Notes under the pieces: generated by a model | The model's input: only the letters and a program-made list of their open reading frames with translations | The model's database searches: none | What the model was told of the DNA's origin: nothing | Shown: positions 16,673 to 30,884 of the stretch, piece after piece | Numbering within the stretch: position 1 is the first letter of the stretch | Layout: every line of letters starts with the position of its first letter | Position numbers and translations under genes: made by a program | Assembly: GCA_028826165.1 (NCBI GenBank) | Contig: JAPDFW010000092.1 | Location: 744,001-808,000, forward strand | Reading direction: 5' to 3' | DNA from: Anaeramoeba ignava BMAN | Taxonomy: Eukaryota > Protista > Anaeramoebae | DNA: 64,000 bases

Positions 16673-19600
16673 ATGTCCAAAAATGTAAATTTTATTATAA
16701 AAAAAAAATATAAAAAAAATAAGTTTTAAATTTAATTTCTATAAATTTTTTGTTTTTTCTCCATTTTAGAATTTTAATTCTCAATCTTTACCAACAAAAA
16801 CAGGACTTCTTTACAAACAAGTATTCAAAATCAAAATCAAAATCAAAATCAAAATCAAAATTCAAAATCAAAATCTAAATCAAAATCAAAATCAAAATCA
16901 AAATCAAAATCAAAATCAAAATCAAAATCAAAATCAAAATCAAAATTAAAATCAAAATCAAATTCAAAATCAAATTCAAAATCAAAATACAAAATCAAAA
17001 TCAAAATCAAAATCAAAATCAAAATCAAAATTAAAATTAAAATCTAAATCAAAAATCAAAATCAAAATCTAAATCAAAATCAAAATCAAAATCAAAATCA
17101 AAATCAAAATCAAAATCAAAATAAAATTTAAAATCAAAATGAAAATCAAAATCAAAATTAAAATCAAAATCAAAATCAAAATCAAAATTAAAACCAAAAT
17201 CTAAATCAAAATTATAATCAAAATTAAAACCAAATTCAAAATCAAAATAAATTTATCAAGAGTGGAAAAGGAAAGAAATGGGAAAAAAAATATCTTGTTT
17301 TAAAAGACGAATATCTATATTATTATAAAACAGAAAAGGTATCAAAATCAAAATCAAAAATCGAAAAATCAAAAATCAAAAATCAAAAATTGAAAAATCA
17401 AAAATTAAAAAATCAAAAATTGAAAAATTAAAAAAGGATAAAAAACCACAAGGTGAAATTCTTTTACAAGGTGCTACAATAAAAAACAATCCAGATAGCC
17501 AACGAGAATACAGTTTTTTAGTTCTTCCTGAAGGAAGTCTTCTTGAATGGATGTCTTCATCAAAAAAAGGATCTTTGTAAATTTAAAATGAAAAAAATTT
17601 GGAACAATTTATTTTTTTTGATAATAAAAAATTGGATAATTTAGTTGGATATTAGCTGCAGAAACAGAAGAAGAAAAAGATCAATGGTTTTCATTAATTG
17701 AAAGAGAAATCAAGAAACACAATGGTTAATTTTCAAAATGAAAACAAAAAAATTTGATACATTTTTATGAATTTGAATTAAATTTGGATTTATTTTTTTT
17801 TAGTTGCAAAAACTATTTTTGGAGCTCCTCTTAAAGATGTAATTTCAAGACGAAAAGATGGTGTTTTAGTTCCAGAAATTCTTGAGAAATCAATTAATTA
17901 TCTTCGTGATCCAAAAAATGCTGGTTTGAAAAAAAAAAAAAAATAAATCAATTAATTTTTTAATCAATTTATTTTTTAATCAATTTTTTTAAAGCTTTGG
18001 AAATTGAAGGGATATTTCGTCTTTCAGGATCAAATGCAGAAATTAGTTATTTAATCGGAGAATTTAATGATCGTAAAATTAAAATTTAAATTAAAATTAA
18101 AATTTAAAATTAAAATTTAAAATAATATTTTTTTTCCTTCTTAAGTTAAAAATGTGGATTTAAAATCAGTTAGAGATATTCATTCAATTACTGGATTAAT
18201 AAAAGCATATTTAAGAGAATTACCTGATCCACTTTTAACTGGAGAATCTTATGATGAGTTACGAAATATAATTTGTATCATAAATGAATATTGAAGGAAG
18301 AAGAAAAATTTTTTATTAAAATATTTTATTAAAATAATATTAGATAACACAGAAGAATCAGAAAAATTATCAAAACTCAAAAATTTATTAGATAAATTAC
18401 CCAAAGAAAACTATCATACATTAGAATTTTTATTTGGTTTTTTAAAAGAAATTGTAGCTCATGAAGAAAAAAATAAAATGGGAATTGCAAATGTTGCAAA
18501 AGTATTCAAAACTTTATTTAAAACTTCATTCAAAAATTCATTTAAAACTTTATTCAAAACTTTATTTAAAAATTTATTTAAAAATTTATTTAAAACTTCA
18601 TTTAAAACTTCATTTAAAACTTCATTTAAAACTTTATTTAAAAATTTATTTAAAACTTCATTTAAAACTTCATTTAAAACTTTATTCAAAAATTTATTTA
18701 AAACTTTATTTAAAACTTTATTTAAAAATTTATTTAAAACTTTATTTAAAACTTTATTTAAAAATTTATTTAAAACTTTATTTAAAACTTTATTTAAAAC
18801 TTTATTTAAAACTTTATTTAAAACTTTATTTAAAAATTTATTTAAAACTTTATTTAAAAATTTATTTAAAAATTCATTTAAAACTTTATTCAAAACTTTA
18901 TTTAAAACTTTATTTAAATCAAAAATTTATTTAAAACTTTATTTAAAACTTTATTTAAAACTTTATTTAAAACTTTATTTAAAACTTTATTTAAAACTTT
19001 ATTTAAAACTTTATTTAAAAATTTATTCAAAAATTCAATTTAGATTTTTGGACCAAATTTAATTTCAAGAAAAAATGTAACATCTTTACAAATTGCTGAA
19101 GATTCCTCTTTCCAAGATTTAATTTGTCGATATTTATTGATTCATTCAGATGAATTTTTTGTATTTTTCTATTTAAAAATTTAATTGAAAAAATGATAAA
19201 TTAAAAATTAATAAAATTTAATTAATAAATTTAGAAAAAGAAAGAAGTTGAAAATATAAATGAAGAACAGAAAGAATATGCAGAAGCAATGCATCAATTT
19301 GATTCACAGCATCCAAATCAAATGTCAATTTCCAAAGGAGATGTAGAAATTATCAAAAAAAAATAATTTAAAATGAAATATTTAAATTGAAATGAAATAT
19401 TTAAATTGAAATGAAATATTTAAATTGAAATAATTAAATTAAATTGAAATAATTAAATTAAATTGAAATAATTAAATGAAATATTTAAATTAAAATGAAA
19501 TATTTAAATTGAAATGAAATAATTAAAATAAAATATTTAAATTGAAATATTTAAATTGAAATGAAATATTTAAAATGGAATGAAATATTTAAATTAAAAT

Positions 19601-20147
19601 GAAATATTTAAATTGAAATGAAATATTTAAATTAAAATGAAATATTTTAAAATGAAATGAAATATTTAAATTAAAATGAAATATTTAAATTGAAATGAAA
19701 TATTTAAATTAAAATATTTAAATTGAATCAGATTATTGAAGTTATAGCAAAGAATCCTAATGGATGGTGGTATGGTTCTTTAAATGGACTTAAAGGATAT
19801 TTTCCATCAAATTATACTAAACCTTTTGAAGCAGATGAAATTCCAAAAGAAAAAGAACAGTTACCAAATCCAACTATAAACGTAACAAAACCAACATCAG
19901 CAAATGAAGAAATGAAGAGATATTTAGAAAAGTTTCAATCAAATAATACTTCATCATTTAAGTAAATTTAATTTTGAATTAAATTAAATTAAATTAAAAT
20001 TAAATTAAATTTTTTTTTAGACAAGATTTAGATTCTCTTCTTAATTTAATGGTTAATCAAATTCAAGATCTTCAATCTGAATTAGAAAAGGAAAGAAAAG
20101 CAAGATTTGAATTGGAAACTCAATTAAAACAACTTTATCAAAATTAA
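16673..20147 (+). CDS. PH - RhoGAP - SH3 - coiled-coil protein, ~13 exons
   Basis: PH: KTGLLYKQ|SGKGKKWEKKYLVL..LAAETEEEKDQW. RhoGAP: IFGAPL, EGIFRLSG (arginine finger), KAYLRELPDPLL, NKMGIANVAK|IFGPNL. SH3: NGWWYGSLNGLKGYFPSNY. Confidence 0.9.
18502..19042 (+). repeat. 12-mer (AAAACTTTATTT)n-expanded intron of the RhoGAP gene
   Basis: GTATTC...TTAG; splicing restores NVAK|IFGPNL. Confidence 0.85.
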
Positions 20148-20435
20148 TTCGGAAAAACATTTCTTTCTTTTTTCTTTTACAATTTCTTTTACAATTTCTT
20201 TTAGAGTTTCCAATTATTTTTTTTTTTAAATTTTTTTTAATTTAGGTTTTATTTTAACCTTTTTGTTCTCTTTTTTTTTTTGTTCCTTTTTTTCTTCTTC
20301 CAAAAAAAAAAGCACAAAATTCAAATAACAAATTAAAATCCAATTTAAAAAAATTAAAAAAATATTTTTTTCATTTTTCATTTTTCATTTTTCATTTTTC
20401 AATTAAAATTAATTTATAATTAAAATAATTAAGAA

Positions 20436-23400
20436 ATGAGTTTTTTATTTGATCCACAAGTAGAACAAGCAATACAAGAATGTTTAGATTTAGAAACGAA
20501 TTTAGAAATTGAAACATTAAATAAAAATCCGCAAGAATATATTAATAACTTACTTCCAGATCCAAGTAGTACAAAAGAATTAGATCAAGTGATTAATAAA
20601 TTAAAAGCAAAAGTTATGAGTTTAGAAAATGAACTTATTGGCAAAATACAAAGTCAAACGCAAGCAGGAATTAAAAATAAAGATATTTTACAAGAAACAA
20701 AAACTTCAATGAATCAATTTTTTGGAAAAATTCATGAAATTAAAACAAAAGCTGAACAAAATGAATTGGTTGTTCAGCAAATTTGTAAAGATATTAAAAG
20801 AATGGATATCGCAAAAATTAATGTTAAAAAAACTGTTGATTCTTTACAAGATCTTTATGAATTAAGTAAAATAACAAGATGGAGGATTTACAATTAAAAT
20901 TCATTTATAAAATTAAAATTAAATTTAAAATTCATTTATAAAATTAAAATTAAAATTATATTTAAAATTCATTTATAAAATTAAAATTAAAATTAAAATT
21001 AAAATTAAAATTCATTTATAAAATTAAAATTCATTTAAAATTCATTTATAAAATTAAAATTAAAATTAAAATTAAAATTAAAATTAAAATTAAAATTAAA
21101 ATTAAAATTAAAATTAAAAATTATATTTATAAAATTAAAATTAAAATTAAAATCAAAATTAAAATTAAAATTAAATTTAAAATTAAATTTAAAATTAAAA
21201 TTAAAATTAAAATTAAAATTAAAATTAAAATTAAAATTAAAATTAAAATTAAAATTAAAATTAAAATTAAAATTAAAATTAAAAATTAAAATTAAAATTA
21301 AAATTAAAATTAAAATTAAAATTCATTTAAAATTCATTTATAAAATTAAAATCAAAATTAAAATTCATTTATAAAATTAAAATTAAAAATTAAAATTAAA
21401 ATTAAAATTAAAATTCATTTAAAATTAAAATTAAAATTAAAATTAAAATTAAAATTATATTTAAAAATTCAAATAGCAACATTAATCAAAAAACTCCCAA
21501 TAATTGCACAAAAAAAAGATTATGAAGAAGAATCAAGAATAATTTTTCAAATCCAAAAACTCTTTGAAAAATTCCAAAAAAGTCGAAAAAGAACAAAAAT
21601 AAAAGAATTAACAAAAAAATTTGAAGACGCAAAAGGAAGAATTTCAGAACAAATAACAAGCGATTTCCGTTTAAACATAGAAATTGGAGTAACAACACCA
21701 AATATCGGATCACAATTACTAAAATCATGTCTAGTAGTCGATGCTATTGGAGAGACTTTCCGAAAAGAATTATCACAATGGTTTTGCCAAACGAGGCTTC
21801 AGGAATACAACACACTATTCCAACCATTAACAGAAGGTGGGAGTCTTGAATCTGTTGATAGAAGATACATTTGGTTCAAAAAAATACTTAAAAATTATGA
21901 AGCAAATTATTCTCAAATGTTTCCTACTTATTGGCTTATGGAACAAGTCTTAAGCGAGGAATTTTGCTATCTTACCCGACAGCATCTTGACAAGCTCGTT
22001 ATGAATGAACAACAACAAGCTGCAAGACCAAATGTTCAGTTGCTTTTGGAGTCTCTTCAAGTGACAGTTGTTTTTGAAAATTTTTTGGTCGATTTATTTC
22101 ATCAAGAAAAAACACAATTTGAAAACGACCAGGACTTAATGCAGCAAAATGACCTTGAAAATAATGCCAAGGATCACGAGGAGGATTTGAAAGAAATTTC
22201 CATTCAAGAAAAAGAACGGTTGGAAAATGAAGAACAAAATCAAAATGAAAATTCAAATGAAAATTTAAATGAAATTTATACTCCAACAACTGCAGAACAA
22301 ATCAGAGAAAAGTACCGTAAGTTTCGGATGGAAAAAGAGAAAGAAGAAGAGATTGAGAGAAAGAAACAAAGGGAGAAAGAGCTTGAAGAACTGGAAAAAC
22401 AAGCGCAAATGAATCCACAATTAATGGGGAAATTACTTCAACCAAAAATTCCATATTTCAAGGGTTTGATTTCACAAATATTTGAACAATGCATGGGGCT
22501 TTATTTAGAAAACGAGGACGAAAACCTCACAAGCTTTGTGCAGAAGATCCTGTCTGAAGAGACCTGGGATTCGGAAAGCAAGCTGAGCACAAAAGTTTTG
22601 AAAAGTGCATATGATTTGTTTCTTTTTTTCAAAAAAAGTTCTCAACGTTTTTCGGATTTAACAACAGGACAACCAATTGTGAATTTGTACAAACTTTACA
22701 AACAACATCTGGAGAATTATTGCCGCGAAATCAATAAACCAATCCCATTAATTAACGAGAAAAAAACATTTACTGTTCCAAATCCGAATAAAACGACGGA
22801 CGGACAGGTCTTTCTGACAGACGAGAAGATCAAGCTTGCGGGGTTGATCATCAACACTCTCGAGTACTGCATTACAACTGTTATAAGGATGTCTGAGAAT
22901 ATCAAACGTAAACTCGGAAAAATTTTCGAAATGCAAATCAACAATTCTGATATTCAAAATGTTATTGTTGATCAAATTAATTCTCTTGTATTTATTCTTG
23001 TCTCAGCAATCGAGACACGCACAGACTCTTCTTTCCAAGAAATGATCCGCACGCAATGGAATGCGATTGAAGACGTTGGCGACCAGTCGCCTTATATTTC
23101 ACAGTTTGTCAGTGTGATCAATGACAGCTGTTCAATTATTGCAAATGTTTTAACTTCGACAAAACAATATCAATTTTTCTGCAACAAATTTGCACAGTCG
23201 TTTGTAACCAGATTTAATAATGCTGTTCTTCACTGCAAAAAAATTAGTGATCTCGGTGCACAACAGCTTCTTCTTGATACGCAATCTTTGAAATCTGTTC
23301 TTCTTCAACTTCCTTCTTTGCAAATTTTAAAAAATGGATCAAAAGTTCCTCCACTTCGTGCTTATGTTAGTTATATTAAAAAGCAAATGGGAAAGACTGA

Positions 23401-23596
23401 ATTACTTATCAAGGTTATTATTTCGTCGCAGATAAATCTTGTTGATAATTATATCAAGTTGATTCATGATCATTCTTTGGAGGAGTTGGAAAAAGTTATG
23501 GAAATTATGGGTGTTTCCAAAAATATTCAAAAACAAAATATTGAAATTTACAAACAAATGACTGGAGAGAAGCCAAGTGTTTCTCGCAAGAAATGA
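20436..23596 (+). CDS. VPS53: GARP/EARP subunit VPS53 (intron ~20866-21476)
   Basis: YINNLLP, ICKDIKRMDIAK, SVDRRYIWFKK, MFPTYW, VGDQSPY, GAQQLLLDTQSLK; exon 2 is continuous with ORF 21917-23596. Confidence 0.92.
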
Positions 23597-23649
23597 TTAA
23601 TGATTTTTTTTTTAATATAAATTTTTTTTCAAATCAAATTACAATTAAA

Positions 23650-24570
23650 AACAAAATTATTTAAAATTATTTAAAATTATTTAGAAATTAAATTAAAATT
23701 TGGATAAAATATTTTAATTTAGAAATCAAATCAAAATTATTTAAAATTCGGATAAAATATTTTAATTTAGAAATTAAATTAAAATTATTTAAAATTTGGA
23801 TAAAATATTTTAATTTAGAAATTAAATTAAAATTATTTAAAATTCGGATAAAATATTTTAATTTAAAAATTAAATCACAATTATTTAAAATTCGGATAAA
23901 ATATTTTAATTTAAAATTATTTAAAATTATTTAGAATTTGGATAAAATATTTTAATTTAAAATTATTTAAAATTATTTAGAATTTGGATAAAATATTTTA
24001 ATTTAAAATTATTTAAAATTCGGATAAAATATTTTAATTTAGAAATTAAATTAAAATTCGGATAAAATATTTTAATTTAGAATTAAATCAAAAATATTTA
24101 AAATTCGGATAAAATATTTTAATTTAGAATTAATTAGAATTTGGATAAAATATTTTAATTTAAAAATTAAATCAAAATTATTTAAAATTTGGATAAAATA
24201 TTTTAATTTAAAATAAAATCACAATTATTTAAAATTCGGATAAAATATTTTAATTTAGAATTAAATCAAAAATATTTAAAATTCGGATAAAATATTTTAA
24301 TTTAGAATTATTTAGAATTTGGATAAAATATTTTAATTTAGAATTAAAACAAAATTATTTAGAATTTGGATAAAATATTTTAATTTAAAATTATTTAAAA
24401 TTATTTAGAATTTGGATAAAATATTTCAATTCAAAATTATTTAAAATTCGGATAAAATATTTTAATTTAGAATTAAAAACAAAATTATTTAAAATTCGGA
24501 TAAAATATTTTAATTTAAAAATTATTTAAAATTATTTAGAATTTGGATAAAATATTTTAATTTAAAAATC
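23650..24570. repeat. Intergenic minisatellite with a ~30-45 nt degenerate unit around AAATT(C/T)GGATAAAATATTTTAATTT
   Basis: More than 20 recurrences of the GGATAAAATATTTTAATTT core between VPS53 and TAPT1. Confidence 0.85.
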
Positions 24571-24621
24571 AAATCATTTTTTTCATTTTTTTCATTTTTT
24601 TCATTCATTTTTTTTTTCATA

Positions 24622-27600
24622 ATGGATTTTAATCCTGATGCTTATTCTAGTTTAAATGTTCAAGAACTAAATCAATTATGTCAACAATTAAAAGATGAAA
24701 TTAATATTTTAAATTTAGAAATTAACGATTTTTTTGGATTAAAAGATCAAAAAAATAAACCAAAAAGAATAATGAGTGAAATGAATAATTTTCAATCAAA
24801 TCAAATTCAAAATTCAAATCAAAATTCAAATCAAATTTCTTCTTTATCTCAACCTGTTTTAAATGAAAGGAAAAGAATTAATTTTTCTCTTAAAAATATT
24901 TGTACTTCTTTGTTTCAAAAATAATTCCATTTTTTTTTTAAATTTTTTTTTAAAATAAATTTTCATTTTTTTACTTTTTTCCTTTTTTGTTTTTCTTTTT
25001 TTAACCTTTTTTTTTGGAAAGAATTTAAATGAAAAGAAATCAAAATAGAAAAAAAAATAGACAATTCATTCAAAAAAAGAAGAAAAAAAGAAATCAAAAA
25101 AATCGAAGGAAAAATTTTCAAAAACAAAAGAAAAAATTTATAACAAACAAAAATGGAAATCAGAATCAACTTGAATTAGAAAATCAAAATCAAAATCAAT
25201 TAGAAAATCAAAATGAAAATCAACTTGAATTAGAAAATCAAAATCAATTAGAAAATCAAAATCAAAATCAAAATCAAATTCAATTAGAAAATCAAAATCA
25301 AAATCAAAATCAAAATAAAAATCAAAATCAAAATCAAAATGAAAATCAAAATGAATTAGAAAATCAAAATCAAAATCAAAATCAAAATCAAAATCAAAAT
25401 CAAAATCAAAATCAAAATCAAAATCAAAATCAAAATCAATTAGAAAATCAAAATCAAAATCAAAATCAAAATCAAAATCAAAATCAAAATCAAAATCAAA
25501 ATCAAATTCAAAATCAATTAGAAAATGAAAATCAAAATCAATTAGAAAATCAAAATCAAAATCAAATTGAATTAGAAAATCAAAATAAAAATCAAAATCA
25601 AAATCAAAATCAAAATCAAAATCAAAATCAAAATCAAAATCAAAATCAAAATCAAAATCAAAATCAAAATCAAAATCAAAATCAAATTCAAAATCAATTA
25701 GAAAATCAAAATCAAAATCAAAATCAAAATCAAAATCAAAATCAAAATCAAAATCAAAATGAATTAGAAAATCAAAATCAAAATCAAAATCAAAATCAAA
25801 ATCAAAATCAAAATCAATTAGAAAATGAAAATGAAAATCAAAATCAAATTCAAATTAAAAATCAATTAGAAAATCAAAATCAAATTCAATTAGAAAATGA
25901 AAATCAATTCCAAGATCAAAAAATAAATATAAATTCAAATCCAATCCCATATTCATTTATTGAATTCATTAATGTTGAACTTCTTTATCAACCTCGCTCA
26001 CAAAATAAACACAATCAAACTAATGAAGAAGCCGATAGTCAAACAAAAATATTGAACTTAATCAAAATTCCATTTTATTTAGAACAATTCATTTTGCTTG
26101 GTTATTTCGCAATTCTTGATAACTTTTTAAATTTCTTCACTTACTTTCCAATTCAAATAATTCTATCTTTATTTCAATTTATTTTTGAATTTCCAAAATG
26201 GATTTTCATGAAAATATTCCAAAAATCAACTTTTTTTATCGAATCAATCAAACCTAAATTTATTATTATTCTTCATGGAACAATATTTGTATTCACAACA
26301 TTAATTCTTCTCAACTTTGAATACTCTTTTTTTTATCATTCAATTCGTGGACAATCGCAAGTTAAACTTTATGTTCTTTTTAATTTACTTGATCTTTTGG
26401 AAAAATTATTCTCTTCGTTTGGAATGGAAATTTTTGATGCTTTCATTTGGAATTTTTATCGCAAAGATATTGGAATTTTTCACAAAATTGGATATGGATT
26501 TTTGAATTATTTTGTTGTTATTTGTTATTGTGTTTTGCACGGAAGTCTGTTTTTCATTCAAATCGTAACATTGAATGTTTGTGTTAATTCAGAAAGTGGG
26601 GTTTTATTTACATTTTTATTATCAAGCGAAGTTGTTGAGATCAAATCAACTGTTTTCAAAAGATCTTTTTCTCAGAATTTATTTCAAATATCAATTTCTG
26701 ATATTAATTCTAGATTTAGTATTTCAATATTTTTGGTTGCAATTGTCATTATTAATGTTTTAGGTGGAGATCCTAATTTACCAATTACAATCCAGAATTT
26801 ATTTCCTTTTTACATTTTGCTTATTGATATTTTTGTTGATTGGTTCAAACATTATTTTGTTAGTTTACATAATAGTTCATCTTCAAATAATTATAAAAAA
26901 TATACAGTTGTTTTAGCTCAAGATATTTTGAAAATAAGACAAACTGATGAAAAACGATTTGAAAAAGAAAATCAAAATCAAAATCAAAATCAAAATCAAA
27001 ATCAAAATCAAAATCAAAATCAAAATCAAAATAAAAATCAAAATCAAAATCAAAATCAAAAATCAAAATCAAAATCAAAATCAAAATCAAAATCAAAATC
27101 AAAATCAAAATCAAAATGAAAATAAAATTCAAAATCAAAATAAAAATGAAAATCAAAACCAAAATCAAAACCAAAACCAAATTCAAAATCAAAATCAAAA
27201 TCAAAATCAAAATCAAAACCAAATTCAAAATCAAAATCAAAATCAAATTCAAAATCAAAATCAAAATCAAAATCAAAATCAAAATCAAAATCAAAATCAA
27301 AATCAAAATCAAAATCAAAATCAAAATCAAAATCAAAATCAAAAATCAAAATCAAAATGATAAATCAAAAAAATCAAAATCATCAAATCAAAAATCAAAA
27401 AAATCAAAATCAAATTTAGGTATATTTCTTCTTCCAAAATTTATCTTCTGTTCAAAATTATTTCACTTCAAAATCAAAATTTTCAAAGTTTCCAAAAACA
27501 AAAATGAAATTAAAAATCAAAATCAAATCAAAATCTAAAATCAAAATCAAAATCAAAATCTAAAAATTCCTTCTTTTTTAAATCAATTTTTAAACTCATT

Positions 27601-27847
27601 CAATTATTTTCTTTTACAAAATCATTCATTTTCAGAAATTATTTCAAATTGGAAAGATTTACAAATTGTTTTAATTGTTTTTTTGGTTTTAATTGGATTA
27701 TTGTTTATTCTTAAATTAATTATAGATTTGATTTTATTTATTTATGCAAAATTGATTTTGATGATTAGAAAATTGAAGAAAGAAGATTATAGTTTAACAA
27801 AAGTAGATAGATGGGGATTATTTGGAAAAGTAATTCCAATTTATTAA
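24622..27847 (+). CDS. TAPT1: TAPT1/EMP65-family membrane protein with long NQ tracts (5' exon structure and frameshifts in repeats unresolved)
   Basis: IPFYLEQFILLGYFAILDNFLNFFTYFP, YHSIRGQSQVKLYVLFNLLDLLEKLFSSFG, VEIKSTVFKR, VDWFKHYF; C-terminal KVDRWGLFGKVIPIY*. Confidence 0.8.
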
Positions 27848-27975
27848 AAATTTTTCAATTAATTTTTCATCAGTTTTTTTTTTTAGAAGTTTAAAAATGA
27901 ATATTGAAAAAAAAAGCAAAAAGAATTTAAAAAAGAAAAATTATTTTTATTTTTTTGGAATTGTAAAAATTTGGA

Positions 27976-30684
27976 TCATTTCTCATTTGCTCTTTCTATA
28001 ACTTTATATGATTTTGTCCAACTTTGATTTAATTTATCTTTGTTTTTGAGGAATTGTTTTAAAGGGAAATCTGGTGCTATATCAACTTCATTTGCAGGCA
28101 TTAACCATTCTAAAATTAACATAAAGAGAAATTGCAATGCGAGAGCGAAACAAAAAGCTTTTGAAGCCCAAGTTCCACAATTAAAGTATCTTATTTTTTT
28201 TTATGAAAAAATATAGATTAAAATTATTTTTAAAAATTTAATTTAGAATTATTTTAAAAATTAATTTAGAATTATTTTAAAAATTTAATTTAGAATTATT
28301 TTAAAATTGTTGTTAAAATTATTTTAAAAATTTAATTTAGAATTGATTTAGAAATTAATTTAGAATTATTTTAAAATTTGTTTGAAAATTGTTATTAAAA
28401 TTATTGTTAAAATTGATTTTAAAATTATTGTTAAAATTCATTTCAAAATTATTGCTAAAATCCATTTCAAAATCCATTTCAAAATTATTGTTAAAATTCA
28501 TTTCAAAATTATTGTTAAAATTCATTTCAAAATTCATTTCAAAATTCATTTCAAAGTTGTTAAAATTAATTTCAAAATTATTGTTAAAATTCATTTCAAA
28601 ATTGTTGTTAAAATTATTGTTAAAATTATTGTTAAAATTGTTGTTAAAATTCATTTCAAAATTGTTGTTAAAATTCATTTCAAAATTATTGTTAAAATTA
28701 TTGTTAAAATTATTGTTAAAATTATTGTTAAAATTCATTTCAAAATTGTTGTTAAAATTCATTTCAAAATTGTTGTTAAAATTGTATTTAAAATTGTTGT
28801 TAAAATCCATTTCAAAATTGTTGTTAAAATTCATTTTAAAATTATTGTTAAAATTCATTTCAAAATTATTGTTAAAATTGTTGTTAAAATTGTTGTTAAA
28901 ATTCATGTTAAAATTGATGTTAAAATTCATTTCAAAATTCATTTCAAAATTGTTGTTAAAATTCATGTTAAAATTGTTGTTAAAATTGTTGTTAAAATTG
29001 TTGTTAAAATTGTTGTTAAAATTGTTGTTAAAATCCATTTCAAAATTCATTTCAAAATCCATTTCAAAATTATTGTTAAAATTATTGTTAAAATTATTGT
29101 TAAAATTGTTGTTAAAATTGATGTTGAAAATTGATGTTGAAAATTGATGTTAAAATTGATATTGAAATTAAAAACAAACCTATGAATACGATTAACTAAA
29201 GGTTGCTGAACATCGAACTGAATTTTATCATAAACAGCTTCTGTTCTTTCAGCAACATCATCCCAATTATACATATTCTTAACTTGAGAATGAAATAGCC
29301 AAGGGTCAACTTCCTGGGAAGGGCCGATAGAATCAATAACGGCCTGAGCAAGTTGTTCGGCATCAGGCTTTGCGAACTTAATCATATGACTAGGAAGGAC
29401 TTCTGGAACACCACCAACGGCAGTACTGACGACAAAAAGACCGCAAGAAGCAGCCTCGACAATAGCGATACAGAAGGCCTCGGTAAGGGAAGTATTGAGG
29501 AAAATATCACCACGAGTGAGCACGTTTCTGACAAGCTCATGCGGGACGAACCCAAGCATCTCAATGCGGTCGTGAAGATTGTATTTTTCTCTCATTTCTT
29601 CGATATTGACCCGATTGGGTCCATCTCCCCCGATCACAAATTTCGCATTCGGAACTTTTTTACATACAATCGGGATCAGCTGGATTAGCAGATCCACTCC
29701 CTTGCGATATGTGTGTCTAGACATCACAACAATTGTGATTTCCCCTGGCGTTTTTTTCGATGGATCGGGTGTAAATTGCGACGCGTCAATCGCATTTGGA
29801 ATAACTGACACTTTTATTGGATGGATTTTCGCGCGCAATGATGTGTTTTCTTTCCCTGTGTGAGACACACAGATCACGTGGTTGATTTCTGCTAGACTGT
29901 AATTGCTTACTTTGTGTAAGTTAAAAGACCCAATCTCATTGAAACTGAAAAGGCTGTGATCAGTGAATACTGTTTTTATTCCCATTTCTCGTGCGCATGT
30001 TATTGTCTCGTGGCAGATGCAGGATGTTGCTTGATGCCCGTGAACTATGTCGATTCTTTCCCGGATCATGATGTTTCGAAACATCGGAAGTGAGTTTAAT
30101 AGTGTTGGTAATGTTGTTTGTCGGAATGTTGGTTGTTTTGGTATGTAATACACTTTTAATCCATTTGTCATGTACCGAATTCCTTTTCTTTTTTTGTATT
30201 GATGTGTGCAAACCACAACCTTAATTTTGAATAAAATTATAATATTAATTATAATTATAATTATAATATTAATATTAATATTAGTTATAATTTTATAAAT
30301 GAATTTTAATTTTATTTTTAATTTTAATTTTAATTTTAGTTTTATAAATGAATTTTAATTTTAATTTTAATTTTAATTTTATAAATGAATTTTAATTTTA
30401 ATTTTGAATAAAATTATAAATGGATTTTAATTTTATAAATGAATTTTAATTTTATAAATGAATTTTAATTTTAAAATGAATTTTATTTTTAATTTTATTT
30501 TTAATTTTAGTTTTATAAATGAATTTTAATTTTATTTTACTTTATGACCTCTTTTAATTAAACATTGTGAAAGTTGAAAAATATGATTCTCAACTCCTCC
30601 AACATTTGGATAAAAAAAATCTGATGCCATTAAAATTCTATACCTCTTTTCTTCAGGTTTAAAAAGATCTTTTTCTTCTATCAT
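27976..30684 (-). CDS. PIGA: GPI GlcNAc transferase catalytic subunit PIG-A (3 exons; introns 30220-30540 and 28190-29179)
   Basis: [30 protein letters not shown]|[52 protein letters not shown]. Confidence 0.96.
28190..29179 (-). repeat. 12-mer repeat-expanded intron of PIG-A
   Basis: TTGTTAAAATTA / TTTCAAAATTCA units on the + strand between the GT and AG ends. Confidence 0.85.
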
Positions 30685-30884
30685 ATTTTATTTTAAAAAA
30701 AAAAAGAAATGAAAAAGAAAAATGAAAAATGAAAAAAATGAAATTTTAAATTGTTTGAATTTCTTTAATTTTTTTGATTCAAATTATTTTCCAAAAAAAA
30801 GAAAAATAAAAAATAATTCGTTTTTTGTTGTTTTTTGTTGTTTTTTCTTAAATTGAATAAAAAAAGAAATGATTCGTTTTTGTT

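Noticed and set aside
23650-24570. CRISPR-like array
   Set aside because: The linkers are themselves repetitive and not unique spacers, there are no cas genes, and the context is eukaryotic.
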